The position numbers and the translations under genes are program-made. 64,000 nucleotides of DNA from Mustelus asterias. Its lineage: Eukaryota. The stretch is from assembly GCF_964213995.1 (NCBI RefSeq), contig NC_135808.1:23002001-23066000 (forward strand), in the 5' to 3' direction. The notes beneath the pieces were generated by a model that saw nothing but the letters and a program-made list of their open reading frames with translations, was not told where the DNA came from and did no database searches. The first letter of the stretch is position 1; each line of letters begins with the position of its first letter. Of the stretch, positions 1 through 10,900 are shown in pieces.

Positions 1-359
1 GCGTGAGGGGTCTGATGGATTTTGCTGCTGGTTTTTGTGGGGGTCTGATGGGTTTTGTTGGGTGTGTTCCAGCTCTGCTGGCTTTGCCTCAGTTTTTCTT
101 TCTCATCCCCAGTGCCCTCCAGTGCATTCCAGGGTTTGTAATCTAGGAACACCAGTTCCCAAGAACAGCAGCGGGAGAGGATGAGAGAATGAGGGAAGAT
201 GTGATTTCATCAAGGTGACAGCGACCGACTGATTCAAGCTCCACATATGTGATTCTGTTTAAATGGAACTGTGATGATGGTTTGGAAGTAATTGCTATAT
301 CTGGAGCTGCACTTTCTGAGCTATTCTGATCTGAGCTGCTTATTCTGCACAGACACTAG

Positions 360-1275
360 AGGGCGATCTTATGAAAAATATTCTCTGTCCAGAAAGAGCA
401 TGAAAATGGGAGAGTTTCTGATCCGTGTTTCAGGCGTATCCAAATCTACAATCTTATGCACTTGTTTCTCACCCTTGTAGGGGGAGGGGGCAGGTCTTAA
501 ATAACCAGAATGCTGCCTGAAAGCAGCAGAGGACACCATTGCGCATCTGCAGGTCCCTCTGCTCTGAGCTGCAGAGAGACCTGTCACTCAGCCTCTGCTG
601 CTTTCACCAGACCTCCATGGCCGAAACACGGACTCCCCAGCTGCCACGGCGGTCCGTGGCCTAATGCAACCCCTGATGGTCGGACCAATTGACCCCGTGA
701 CACCCTACATGTCCGGACAGACCAAACCGCGCCTCTGGGACAGATTGAACCCCGTGACCCCCCTCCCCCTAATTCGGACCGACTTTCCCTGTCCATCCCA
801 CCACCGATCGCAATGCAGTAGCCCCCGCTACTTCTCTCACTGATGGCAAATACTCAGTGGCAGTAGCCCCCCCACACCCCAAATTGCAAATGCATAGCGT
901 GCAGCGCCCCGCCCCCATCACCACAGGTTGGTCCCACCCCAGTAGAGCCCCCCTCCAAATAATCAGGCTCCACACCCTTCCCACTCCCACTGCCTGGTGC
1001 GCACTTCGAAGATACCAGGCTGGCACTGCCCGCAAGGCACTCCCCCCAACCTCTCGGGGTGGCTTCAATGGCTTCTGGATCCACGAGCGAGGCATCGGGT
1101 CTGGTCCCTGTTGTGATTCTCGCTGGAGTGAACCTCTCCCGTGAGGCCACAGAGACGAGAGCCCAGATGATTGCGCCGCGGGCTCGCTCATTTTGTTCAA
1201 AACAGGTTTTAAATGTAGTCAAGTATTTTATTCAGCCTCGCGCCGCAATGTGTGAGAAATCGGGTGCGAATCTCA
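360..1275. repeat. GC/CpG-rich unclassified interspersed element (second copy about 19359-20270)
   Basis: Compositionally distinct block present in two units and not seen in the third. Confidence 0.35.
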
Positions 1276-2211
1276 TCTGTATTGAACTCATGAATTCCAA
1301 TATCTTCTGCCCTTTCCTGATTTTTTCTCTTCATGTCTGTTATTCATTGGTGAGTGTGTTTGTGTCACATCTCCCATTCCCAAGCACTCTGTCTGGGGAA
1401 ATAACAAACATTATTGAAATATCAGAGCTTTTGTATCAAACTGTCATCTGCAACTCCAAATGTCAGATCGCGGTAAATTTCGAATTCTTGTCACTGTTGG
1501 AAATATTGTTACACTTTGCAGTATTGGACACAATTGTTACCTGTATGTGTGTGTGTGTGTGTGTGTTATTAAAACAACAGAAAAGGTTTATTCTGCTCGG
1601 AGCTGAATGGGTTAATTCTAAATTAAAACACATTTGGTGAAGGAATTCACTGTCACCGCGATTTCAGAAAGTGACTGGGTTACAATGTTCTCAGAGTAAT
1701 GGCGGTTTCAGCAGAACAAAGATATTTCTTCATCTCTTGTGGATTCACCAATTCAAACTGGATACTTCCGAATAAAAACCTTGGAGCAAAATGGATTAGA
1801 AGATAAAGTCCCAATTGTTCCCCAGGGTTGTTTTTAAATGGAGATTTTAAAAACAAGAATAATCCATGAACAATCACCTTCAATTCATTCCTGAATTTGA
1901 AATTACACCATTAAAGCTTAAAAAAAATGACCCCACTCTGACAGATGTGAATTTGTATCTGGATTAGAGATCCCACATGTTTCACCCATTTCAACAGAGT
2001 TTCATTGTAACGGCAACAAGCTCCCAGTTTAAAAACTTTTAAACTGTTCTCCCCCTTTAGACCTCACCATTTTGAGGAAAACACAGAGTTGGAGCTGGTC
2101 TGAAGGAACAGCAACACAGAGCATTCACACAGCCTTTTCTCATTCACTAACAGGAAGTTTACACACACACATCTGTCCACACAATTCTTTCTCACATCAC
2201 TTCAAGTTTCA

Positions 2212-3095
2212 CATTTGGAGGAAAATGTAACTGGATTGATTAGTCAGTTTGCGGACGACACAAAGGTTGGTGGATTTGCGGACAGCGATGAGGACCATCA
2301 GAGGATGCAGCAAGATGTAGATCAGTTGGAGACTTGGGTGGAGAGATGGCAGGTGAAGTTTAATCCAGACAAATGTGAAGCAATGCATTTTGGAAGGTCT
2401 AATACAGATAGGAAATATACAGTAAATGGCAGAACCCTTCAGAGTATTGATAGCAAAGGGATCTGGGTGTACAGGTACACAGGTCACTGAAAGTGGCAAT
2501 GCAGGTGGAGAAGGTAGTCAAGGCGGCATATGGCATGCTTACCTTAATTGGCTCTTGGAATATCGTGTTCCATTCTGGTCGCCACACTACCAGAAGGATG
2601 TGGAGACTTTGGAGAGAGTACAGAAAATATTTACCAGGATGTTGCCTGGTATGGAGGGCATTAGCTATGGGGAGAGGTTGGAGAAATTTGGTTTGTTCTC
2701 ACTGGAGCGACGGAGGTTGAGGGGAGGCCTGATAGAAGTCGACAAGATTATGAGGGGCACGGACAGAGTGGATAGTCAGAAGTTTTTTCCCAGGGTGGAA
2801 GAGTCAATTACTAGGGGGCACAGGTTTAAGGTGCGAGGGGCAAAGTTTAAAGGAGATGTACAAGGCAGATTTTTTTTAAAAACAAAGAGTAGTGGGTGCC
2901 TGGAATTCGTGGCCGGGGGGAGGGAGTGGAAGCGGGTATGGCAGTGACTTTTAAGGGGCATCTTGACAAGTACATGAATAGGATGGGAATAGAGGGATAT
3001 GTTTCCCGGAAGAGTAGGGGGTTTTAGTTAAGTTAGGCAGCATGGTTGGTGCAGGCTTGGAGGGCCGAAGGGCCTGTTCCTGTGCTGTAATTTTC
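2212..3095 (+). mobile_element. CR1-type LINE 3' fragment
   Basis: ISQFADDTKVGG RT motif, WQVKFNPDKC, LERRRLRG tail. Confidence 0.9.
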
Positions 3096-3764
3096 TTGGC
3101 ATATATTCCTATTCTCATGAAAGAGCATCTTATCCAAACTGAAAGTTGGCCAAGGCCGGAATTGAACCCGCGTCCCTGGTACTGTGAGGCAGCAGCGCTA
3201 ACCACTGTGCCAGCGTGTCACCCACTTGGACACAGGTTGCTTCACATCCTTTAGATCTGTGCACAGAACGGAGACATATTCATAAAGTAAAAGGAACAGT
3301 TGTTTGTTTACAAATCAGGATATCTCTGAACATAAACAACCCGGTTGTTCACACAGTATTTTAAACTTTACTGTGAGTTTCTTTAATTGCTTTTTTCTAA
3401 CCTGCTTCTGATATTCCACCAACCAGACATCAACAGCCCATTTCTGAAAAGCAGCGAGATCCATTTCTTCATCCTGATTCAATAATCTAATCTTTGGCCT
3501 CACATCTCCGTGATCTCTCACTATTTGTTTCTTCCCGTCGATTTTCTCCCAAACATTCCAATTTCCCTACTCTGATCCAAGCATCCAATCACCAAATACT
3601 GTTTCTTTGTGCACCATTTGACCTTTCAATTTAACTCTGCTCGATCAACTGTCCACTTTCTCAAATCACTTCCTTCCTGAACAAACACTAACTTCTCAAA
3701 CAAGGCTCGGCAAGCTGAGACCTATTTTTATCGTGATTGCTTCAATGGTACAAGGTTTAATATA

Positions 3765-3965
3765 AGTACAGGACACAGCTCACACACTGAGAGGGACAGT
3801 ATCAGTACAGGACACAGCTCACACACTGAGAGGGACAGTATCAGAACAGGACACAGCTCACACACTGAGAGGGACAGTATCAGTAATGGACACAGCTCAC
3901 ACACTGAGAGGGACAGTATCAGTAAAGCACAGCGCTCACACACTGAGAGGGATGCTATCAGTGCA
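3765..3965. repeat. 39-bp tandem repeat, about 5 copies
   Basis: cagtatcagtacaggacacagctcacacactgagaggga. Confidence 0.9.
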
Positions 3966-4442
3966 GAACTGTGACCGGGATGCAGAATGATCTGGACAGG
4001 TTGAGTGAGTGGGCAAATTGATGGCCGATGCAGTATAATTTGCATAAATGTGAGGTTATTCACTTTGGAAGCAAAAAAAAGGCAGATTACTATCTGAATG
4101 GTGTAAATTGGGAGAAGGGAGTGTGCAGTAGGACTTGGGTGTCCTTGTGCATCAGTCACTGAAGGTAGGCACGCAGGTGCAGCAGGCGGTAAAGAAGGCA
4201 AATGGCATGTTCGCCTTCACTGCGAGAGGTTTTGAGTGCAGGGGCAAGGATGTGTTGTTGCAATTAAACAGGGCCTTGGTGAGGCCACACCTAGGGTATT
4301 GTGTGCAGTTTTGGTCTTTGTTTACTTGCAACAATGATGTGGAGATGCCGACGTTGGACAGGGGTAAACACAGTCAGAATTTTAACAACACCAGGTGAAG
4401 GTCCAACAGGTTTATTTGATGGCAAATGCCATTAGCTTTTAG

Positions 4443-5228
4443 GTGTCTGTTGCGATCCTCCTCCAGACGCTGAAAGATGCCCTCATAAGAACAGGATATG
4501 GCGCTCGACTCATTGATCAACATTTCCGACGCGCCACAGCGAAAAACCGCACCGACCTCCTCAGAAGACAAACACGCGACACGGTGGACAGAATACCCTT
4601 CGTCGTCCAGTACTTTCCCGGAGCGGAGAAGCTACGGCATCTCCTCCGGAGCATTCAACATGTCATTGATGAAGATGAACATCTCGCCAAGGCCATCCCC
4701 ACACCCCCACTTCTTGCCTTCAAACAACCGCACAACCTCAAACAGATCATTGTCCGCAGCAAACTACCCAGCCTTCAGGAGAACAGTGACCATGACACCA
4801 CACAACCCTGCCACAGCAACCTCTGCAAGACGTGCCGGATCATCGACACGGATGCCATCATCTCACGTGAGAACACCATCCACCAGGTACACGGTACATA
4901 CTCTTGCAACTTGGCCAACGTTGTCTACCTGATACGCTGCAGGAAAGGATGTCCTGAGGCATGGTACATTGGAGAAACCATGCAGGCGCTACGACAACGG
5001 ATGAATGAACACCGCTTGACAATCACCAGGCAAGACTGTTGTCTTCCTGTTGGGGAGCACTTCAGCGGTCACGGGCATTCAGCCTCTGATGTTCGGGTAA
5101 GCATTCTCCAAGGCGGCCTTCACGACACACGACAGCGCAGAGTCGCTGAGCAGAAACTGAGAGCCAAGTTCCGCACACATGAGGACGGCCTAAACCGGGA
5201 TGTTGGGTTTATGTCACACTATCAGTAA
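4443..5228 (+). CDS. Penelope-like element ORF C-terminus (RT thumb/linker and GIY-YIG endonuclease), partial
   Basis: 261 uninterrupted codons with GIY-YIG motifs. Confidence 0.85.
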   Translation: MSVAILLQTLKDALIRTGYGARLIDQHFRRATAKNRTDLLRRQTRDTVDRIPFVVQYFPGAEKLRHLLRSIQHVIDEDEHLAKAIPTPPLLAFKQPHNLKQIIVRSKLPSLQENSDHDTTQPCHSNLCKTCRIIDTDAIISRENTIHQVHGTYSCNLANVVYLIRCRKGCPEAWYIGETMQALRQRMNEHRLTITRQDCCLPVGEHFSGHGHSASDVRVSILQGGLHDTRQRRVAEQKLRAKFRTHEDGLNRDVGFMSHYQ

Positions 5229-5439
5229 CCCCCACAGCTTGCCTCCTGGACTTGCAGAATCTCACTGGTTGTCCTGTCTGGAGACAATACACATCTCTTT
5301 AACCTGTGCTTAATGCTCCCTCCACTCACATTGTCTGTATCTTTAAGACCTGGTTGGCTGTAGAGATTCGCATTCTAATCAGTATTCTGTAACTTGATTT
5401 TGTGTCTCTGTATGCCCTGTTTGAGAGCAGATTTCCACT

Positions 5440-5476
5440 CCATCTGACGAAGGAGCAGCGCTCCGAAAGCTAATGG
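5440..5476 (+). ncRNA. Minimal type I hammerhead ribozyme in the Penelope terminal repeat
   Basis: ccat-CTGACGA-a-ggagc/agc/gctcc-GAAA-gcT-A-atgg: catalytic core, stem II, stem I ccat/atgg and a palindromic AGCT stem III. Confidence 0.8.
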
Positions 5477-6449
5477 CATTTGCTACCAAATAAACATGTT
5501 GGACTTTAACCTGGTGTCGTTAAAACTCTTATTGTGTTTACCCCAGTCCAACGCCGGCATCTCCACATTATTGTTGCAAGTAAACAGGGCCTTGGTGAGG
5601 CCACACCTCGAATATTGTGTGCAGTTTTGGTCTCCTTTTCTGAGGAAGGATGTTCTTGCTCTCGAGGGAGTGCAGCAAAAGTTTACCAGGCTGATTCCGG
5701 GGATGGCGGGACTGATGTATGAGAAGAGATTGACTAGGTTAGGATTGTTTTCGCTGGAGTTCAGACGAATGAGGGGGGATCTCATAGAGACGTATAAAAT
5801 TCTAACAGGACTAGAAAGGGTAAGTGCAGGGAGGATATTCCCAATGGAGTTCGCTGGAGTTCAGACGAATGAGGGGGGATCTCATAGAGACTTATAAAAT
5901 TCTAACAGGACTAGAAAGGGTAAGTGCAGGGAGGATATTCCCAATGGTGGGGGAGTCCCAAACCAGGGATCACAGCCTGAGGATTCAGGGTGCATCATTT
6001 AGGATGGAGGTGAGGAGACATTTCTTCACCCAAAGTGTGGTGAGCCTGTGGAATTCATTACCACAGGAAGTAGCTGATGCCAAAACATTGAATGTATTCA
6101 AGAGGCAACTGGATAAAGCACTTGGGGCGAATGGGATCAAAGGTTATGGAGAAAAAGCAGGATTCGGCTATTGAATTGGATGATCAGCATGATTGTAATG
6201 AATGGCGGAGCAGACTCGAAAGGTCAAATGGCCTCCTCCTGCTCCTATCTTCTATGTTTCTGTGTTTCTATGGACCAATTCTTCCTGTTTCAGTCTTGCA
6301 GGTCCAAAATGCAGAGAGGTGACACTCAGATGAGGATTCTCTGGCAGCAGGTTGTGAACCAGACACAACTTGAGGCAAGGCAGAGAGAGAATCAGGTTGC
6401 GTTGCCTTCATTTTCCAACTTTTTGCCCAGAGAGACTCGTGGAATGGCT

Positions 6450-6730
6450 ACAGTGCAGAAGAGGCCATTCAGCCCATTGAACCTGCACCAACAACAATCC
6501 CATCCAGGCCCTATTCCTGTCACCCAACATATATACCCTGTTAAACCCCCTGACATTAAGGGGCAATTTAGCATCGCTAATCCACCTAACCAGCACATCT
6601 TTGGACTGTGGGAGGAAACCAGAGAACCCAGAGGAAACCCATGCAGACACAATCAGTCACCCAAAGGTGGAATTGAGTCTGGGTCCCTGGCACGGTGAGG
6701 GAGCAGTGCTGACCGCTGTGCCATCATGGC
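6450..6730 (-). mobile_element. tRNA-derived SINE (HE1-like)
   Basis: Reverse complement of tggcacagcggtcagcactgct...ccagggacccag head with V-domain-like body. Confidence 0.75.
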
Positions 6731-7695
6731 ACCCCAATTCAATTCAAACCAGCAGTTTCAAAACTTAAAGTTTCTCCCTGCCGTGTGATTTCCAGAACAC
6801 CACGAGACTTTGCTTTTCAGTTTTATTACCCAGCAATTAAAGTGAATCCAGTTCAAAACTAGCAAACAACTCTTCCTCAAGTACCATACAGGTCAGGTGA
6901 AGGCAGGCTGGCTCTCAGTCCAAGGAGTATTTATGGCCCTCTTTTGAGAAAAAAACTCCAAGTCAGTATCAACTATCCGGACAGTGCAATATGTTTCCAT
7001 GTTTTATGAAAGATATGCGTTTCCCAACACATTGAATTGTCCCAGTGTCATTCAGAAGTCCCTTATCTCCAATAATATTCCAGCAAATCTCCTCTGCACC
7101 CTCTCTAATACGTTGATATTCCTCCTAAAACAGTATGACCAGAGGTGGGGTCAATTCTCCAGCTGGGATCTAATCAATATTTTATCAATGTTCAGCGTGA
7201 CCTCCTTGCTTTTGTACTCTGTGCCTCTATTTATAAAGCAATGGGGTCCAGATGCTTCTTTCACAGTCTCATCACACCTTCCTGCCAGCCTCATACTCAC
7301 TCAGGTCTCTCTGTTCCTGCAATCCCTTTATAACTGTACCATTCAGTTTACATTACCTCTGTACATTCTTCTGTTCAAACTGCATCACTTCAAATACCTC
7401 ACTGGATTGTATTTCACCTGCCCTGTGTCTGCCCATTTCACCAACCTGTCTAATGGAACATTGATTGTGTCTGGATGGGAGACAAAGTGATGGAAGTGAA
7501 GCTTCAGTTTCACAGAGTCTTTGTTCAGAGCCTGTCTGGAGTAACTGTGTTCAGTTCTGGACACCGCACCTCAGGAAGGGGAGATTGGTCTTGGAGAGGG
7601 TTCTGATCACCAGAATAATAAAAGGAGGTTAAATGAAAGGGGTTTTTTTCCCACAGAGTTTATCTGATTGGACAGTTCTCATTGAGGCAGTTTCT

Positions 7696-7758
7696 CAACC
7701 TGTTTGTGTCTATTCTGCCGGAGACTGATGACTCACTGAATCTCTTTATTCTGATTGG
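7696..7758 (+). promoter_or_regulatory. SXY-like module of gene A (S caacct; X1/X2 gccggagactgatg-actca 7717-7735; Y ctgattgg 7751-7758)
   Basis: X1-like 14-mer followed exactly 20 bp later by an inverted CCAAT box, about 125 bp upstream of the ATG, as in MHC promoters. Confidence 0.75.
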
Positions 7759-7880
7759 TTTAAATCCTATTTTGTGTCCAATCAGATTGAGGCTCAGTGT
7801 CAACAGGGAAAGACAGAAGGAGTGAGTTGAGAAGATCACCTTTCTTTGAAAAAGAGTTTCCTCCAAATGTTTCCCCCAAC

Positions 7881-7944
7881 ATGAGGGAAGCAGCAATGAT
7901 TGGACTGATAGAGCTGGTCCTTCTGTGTGGAGAGGTGTCTGCAG
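7881..7944 (+). CDS. Gene A exon 1, leader [21 protein letters not shown]
   Basis: ATG followed by a hydrophobic stretch and a CAG|GTGAGT donor; identical in all three paralogs. Confidence 0.85.
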
Positions 7945-10900
7945 GTGAGTGATGGGGTGTGAGAGGGGCAATGCCAGGCTGGGTAATGGGGCATTAACCC
8001 TGGGTCAGTGAGTGATGGGATGTGAGAGGGGCAATGCCAGGCTGGGTACTGGGGCGTTAACCCTGGGTCAGTGAGTGATGGGGTGTGAGAGAGGCAATGC
8101 CAGGCTGGGTGGAGGTCTTGCTCTCGGTTTGGAATCAGTGTTTGGGGTTCATGCCCTGATCTCTGTGTGTGTGTGTGTGTGTGTGTGTGAGGGTGTTGGT
8201 GTTTTTAGGGTGTCTATCCTGAATTCTCTCTCTCTCTATTTCAGGCTCTCACTCTCTCCGGTATTTCTTCACGGGAATGACTCCGATCCCGGGTTTCCCG
8301 GAGTTTGTGGTTGTCGGTTCTGTGGACGGTGTCCAGTTTGTTGTGTACGACAGCGATCGGAGGGAGCTGATCCCCCGGGAGCAGTGGATGGTGGAGAGCG
8401 AGGGTCGGGCAGCCTGGGAGCGGAAGAAGATCTTCGCACAGGAGCGGGCGATGCGTTTCAAACGTGCATTTCCACTGCTCATGTCCGACACCAACCAGAC
8501 AGGAGGTGAGTGCTCACTCTCCCAGCACCAGGGGATCCAGGTGGGAATGAGGAGAAACCCAGAGTGGATCAGGAACCGAGAGCCAGAGGCTGATTGGCTG
8601 CGATTGGAGATGTGACAGGAAATGTGATTGGCTGTGAATGTGTGGAAGGATTGTTTCCAGGGAGACTGGCTCTGATTGGCTGTGTGTGAGTGGAGGAGGT
8701 GGGGGGTGGGGGGGCGAGGGGCGGGAGCAGTTGACGGTGATTGGCTGTTAGGATGAGATTGCCCAGTGAGACTGGTTCTGATTGGCTGTTTGTGTTTCTG
8801 ATCCACAGGGATCCATGTCTGCCAGATAGTGACTGGCTGTGACCTGAGCGATGATGGGACCATGAGTGGATTCAGCCAGTACGGGTGGGATGGACATGAT
8901 GTTCTCAGCTTCGACAAGGATCACATGGTGTGGGTGACCCCGGTCACATGGGGGAAGAGCATCAAAAACTGGTGCAACCGGCAGACTGGCAACATTCAGC
9001 AATGGAAACATTACCTGGAGGTGGAGTGTATCGAGTGGCTGAGAAAATACCTGGAGTATGGACAGAGAGAATTGAGAGTCTGTGAGTGAGGGGGGAGTGA
9101 GAGTCGGTGAGTGAGGGGGGAGTGAGAGTCGGTGAGTGAGGGGGGGAGTGAGAGTCGGTGAGTGAGGGGGGAGTGAGTCGGTGAGTGAGGGGGGAGTGAG
9201 TGAGAGGGGAGTGAGAGTCGGTGAGTGAGGGGGGAGTGAGAGTCGGTGAGTGAGGGGGGGAGCGAGTGTGGGGAGAGCGAGTGTGGGGGGGGGTGAGTGT
9301 GAGCGAGGGTGGGGGGAGCGAGTGTGGGTGAGGGTGGGGGGAGCGAGTGTGGGCGAGTGTGGGGGGAGCGGGTGTGGGCGAGGGTGGCGGGCGGGTGTGG
9401 GCAAGGGTGGGGGAAGCGGGTGGGGGCGAGGGTGGGGGGGCGAGGGTGGGGGGAGCGAGAGTCGGTGAGTGAGGGGGGATTGAGAGTCGGTGAGTGAGGG
9501 GGGAGTGAGAGTCGGTGAGTGAGGGGGGAGTGAGAGTCGGTGAGTGAGGGGGGAGTGAGAGTTGGTGAAGGGGGTGATGCCGGGACTCTTATCTCGAGGT
9601 TCCTGTACTGACTCCTCTTTCTTTCTCTCTCAGTTGGCCCCGTCGTGTCCTTTACCCGTCTGGGTGATTCTAACCGGCTGTCCTGTGCCGTCACCGGGTT
9701 TTACCCTCAACCCATCGAGGTGAATCTGTGGAGAAACAGAGTGGTGATTGATGAGACTCTGTCCAGTGGGATCTTACCCAATCACGACAGCACCTACCAG
9801 ATCCGGAAATGGGTAGAGTTTGATCCAGAGGACCAGGCCGAATATTCCTGTCGGGTGGAACACAGCGGGATGAAGGAGACACTGGTGGTGATTTACGGTA
9901 AGACTGTTTCTCACTGTTAGAGAGGACCCAGCCTCAGACCAGGATCACAGGAGTGAGGGTCAGTGCTGAGCTGTCAACCCAGGATATCGAGAGAGGGAAA
10001 TAAATATTATTCAATGCGTTATATATCATGGTTCCACAGTGCAACATGATACAGCGGATCATTGGATATTGGGATCGCACTGGGCCTGGTGTAACATTGG
10101 ACACGAGTGTCGGTCTGGGCCTGGGGTATTCTGGGATATTGCAGTATAGTGGGGCCCAGTGAATCCTGGGATATTGCAGTAGTTCAGAACATGGTGTATC
10201 CTGAGATACTCTCGTAGGACACATCCCAGTGTATCCTGGGATATTGCAGCCTGTCAGGGCCTGGTGAATCCTGGGATATTACAGGAGGTTGGGCACCGTG
10301 GAATATCAGAGGATGGAGAGAGCCTGGTGTTTCCAAGAAACAATGCTTTTCACTGTGTCCCAATACATGTGACAATAATAAATCATATCAAATATTACAG
10401 TAGGACAGGACCCAGTGCATCCTGGAAGTTTACTTCAGTCAGATTAAGATCAGTATTCAGAGAAATAATGGAATTCCTTCTATTGGAGACAATTCATGAA
10501 AATCTAGAATCAAATACTATAACAATGAATATTCAGCATGGATTTTGAAATGGAAAATCTTGTTTTACTCCACTTAGTGAATTTTTTGAGGATGTAACAG
10601 AGGGAATAGACAATGGAAATGTAATAGATATAATATCATATAATTTTTTTAATGTAATAGAAAAGGGGGTTCGTGATGGACTGATTGACAAGGTGAAAGC
10701 ATGTGGAGTTAGGGGATGAGTGACAGAATGGATCACTCACTGACTTTGGGAGAGAAAGCAGAGAGTGTGAGTAAAGGGTGTTTCAGAGTTACAGAAAGTG
10801 TTCCACAAGGATCAGTGCTGGGATCACCGCTGTTCACAAGTTACACTCCATAACTTGGATATTGGAATCAAAAATACCATTTCTTAATTTGCAGATAACA

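Larger units (their letters stand above)
1..3690 (+). repeat. Segmental duplication of 18999-22255 (intergenic block of the MHC unit); third partial copy at 39640-39980 and 41460-42510
   Basis: Direct colinear similarity from base 1 = 18999; a CR1 at 2212-3095 replaces part of the block. Confidence 0.9.
4319..5570 (+). mobile_element. Penelope-like retroelement, 5'-truncated, with inverted terminal copy
   Basis: Open ORF 4443-5228 with a Cys/His linker and GIY-YIG endonuclease (VVYLIRC...WYIGET...RMNEH); 4319-4439 is the reverse complement of 5466-5586. Confidence 0.92.
3974..6275 (+). mobile_element. CR1-type LINE 3' fragment interrupted by a Penelope-like element; internal 100-bp tandem duplication at 5751-5950
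   Basis: [15 protein letters not shown] and RRMRGDLIETYKI motifs on both sides of the insert. Confidence 0.88.

Noticed and set aside
769-1640. Overlapping ORFs repeated at 19584-20452
   Set aside because: Shared only because of recent segmental duplication; indels change frames and no domain is recognisable
1680-1883. 67-aa ORF also open at 41762-41959 as a conserved small gene
   Set aside because: The middle copy (about 20670-20870) has a frameshifting deletion; treated only as part of the decayed block
3728-4201. ORF with repeated CELCP resembling a Cys-rich protein
   Set aside because: Translation of a 39-bp tandem repeat joined to antisense CR1
7685-7880. ISRE or kappaB sites in the gene A promoter
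   Set aside because: Only half-sites (agtttc) are present; no full consensus to support a call
8748-9694. Long Pro/His/Thr-rich minus-strand ORFs (also 27458-27865, 55301-55973, 59326-59748)
   Set aside because: Translations of the 25-bp minisatellite
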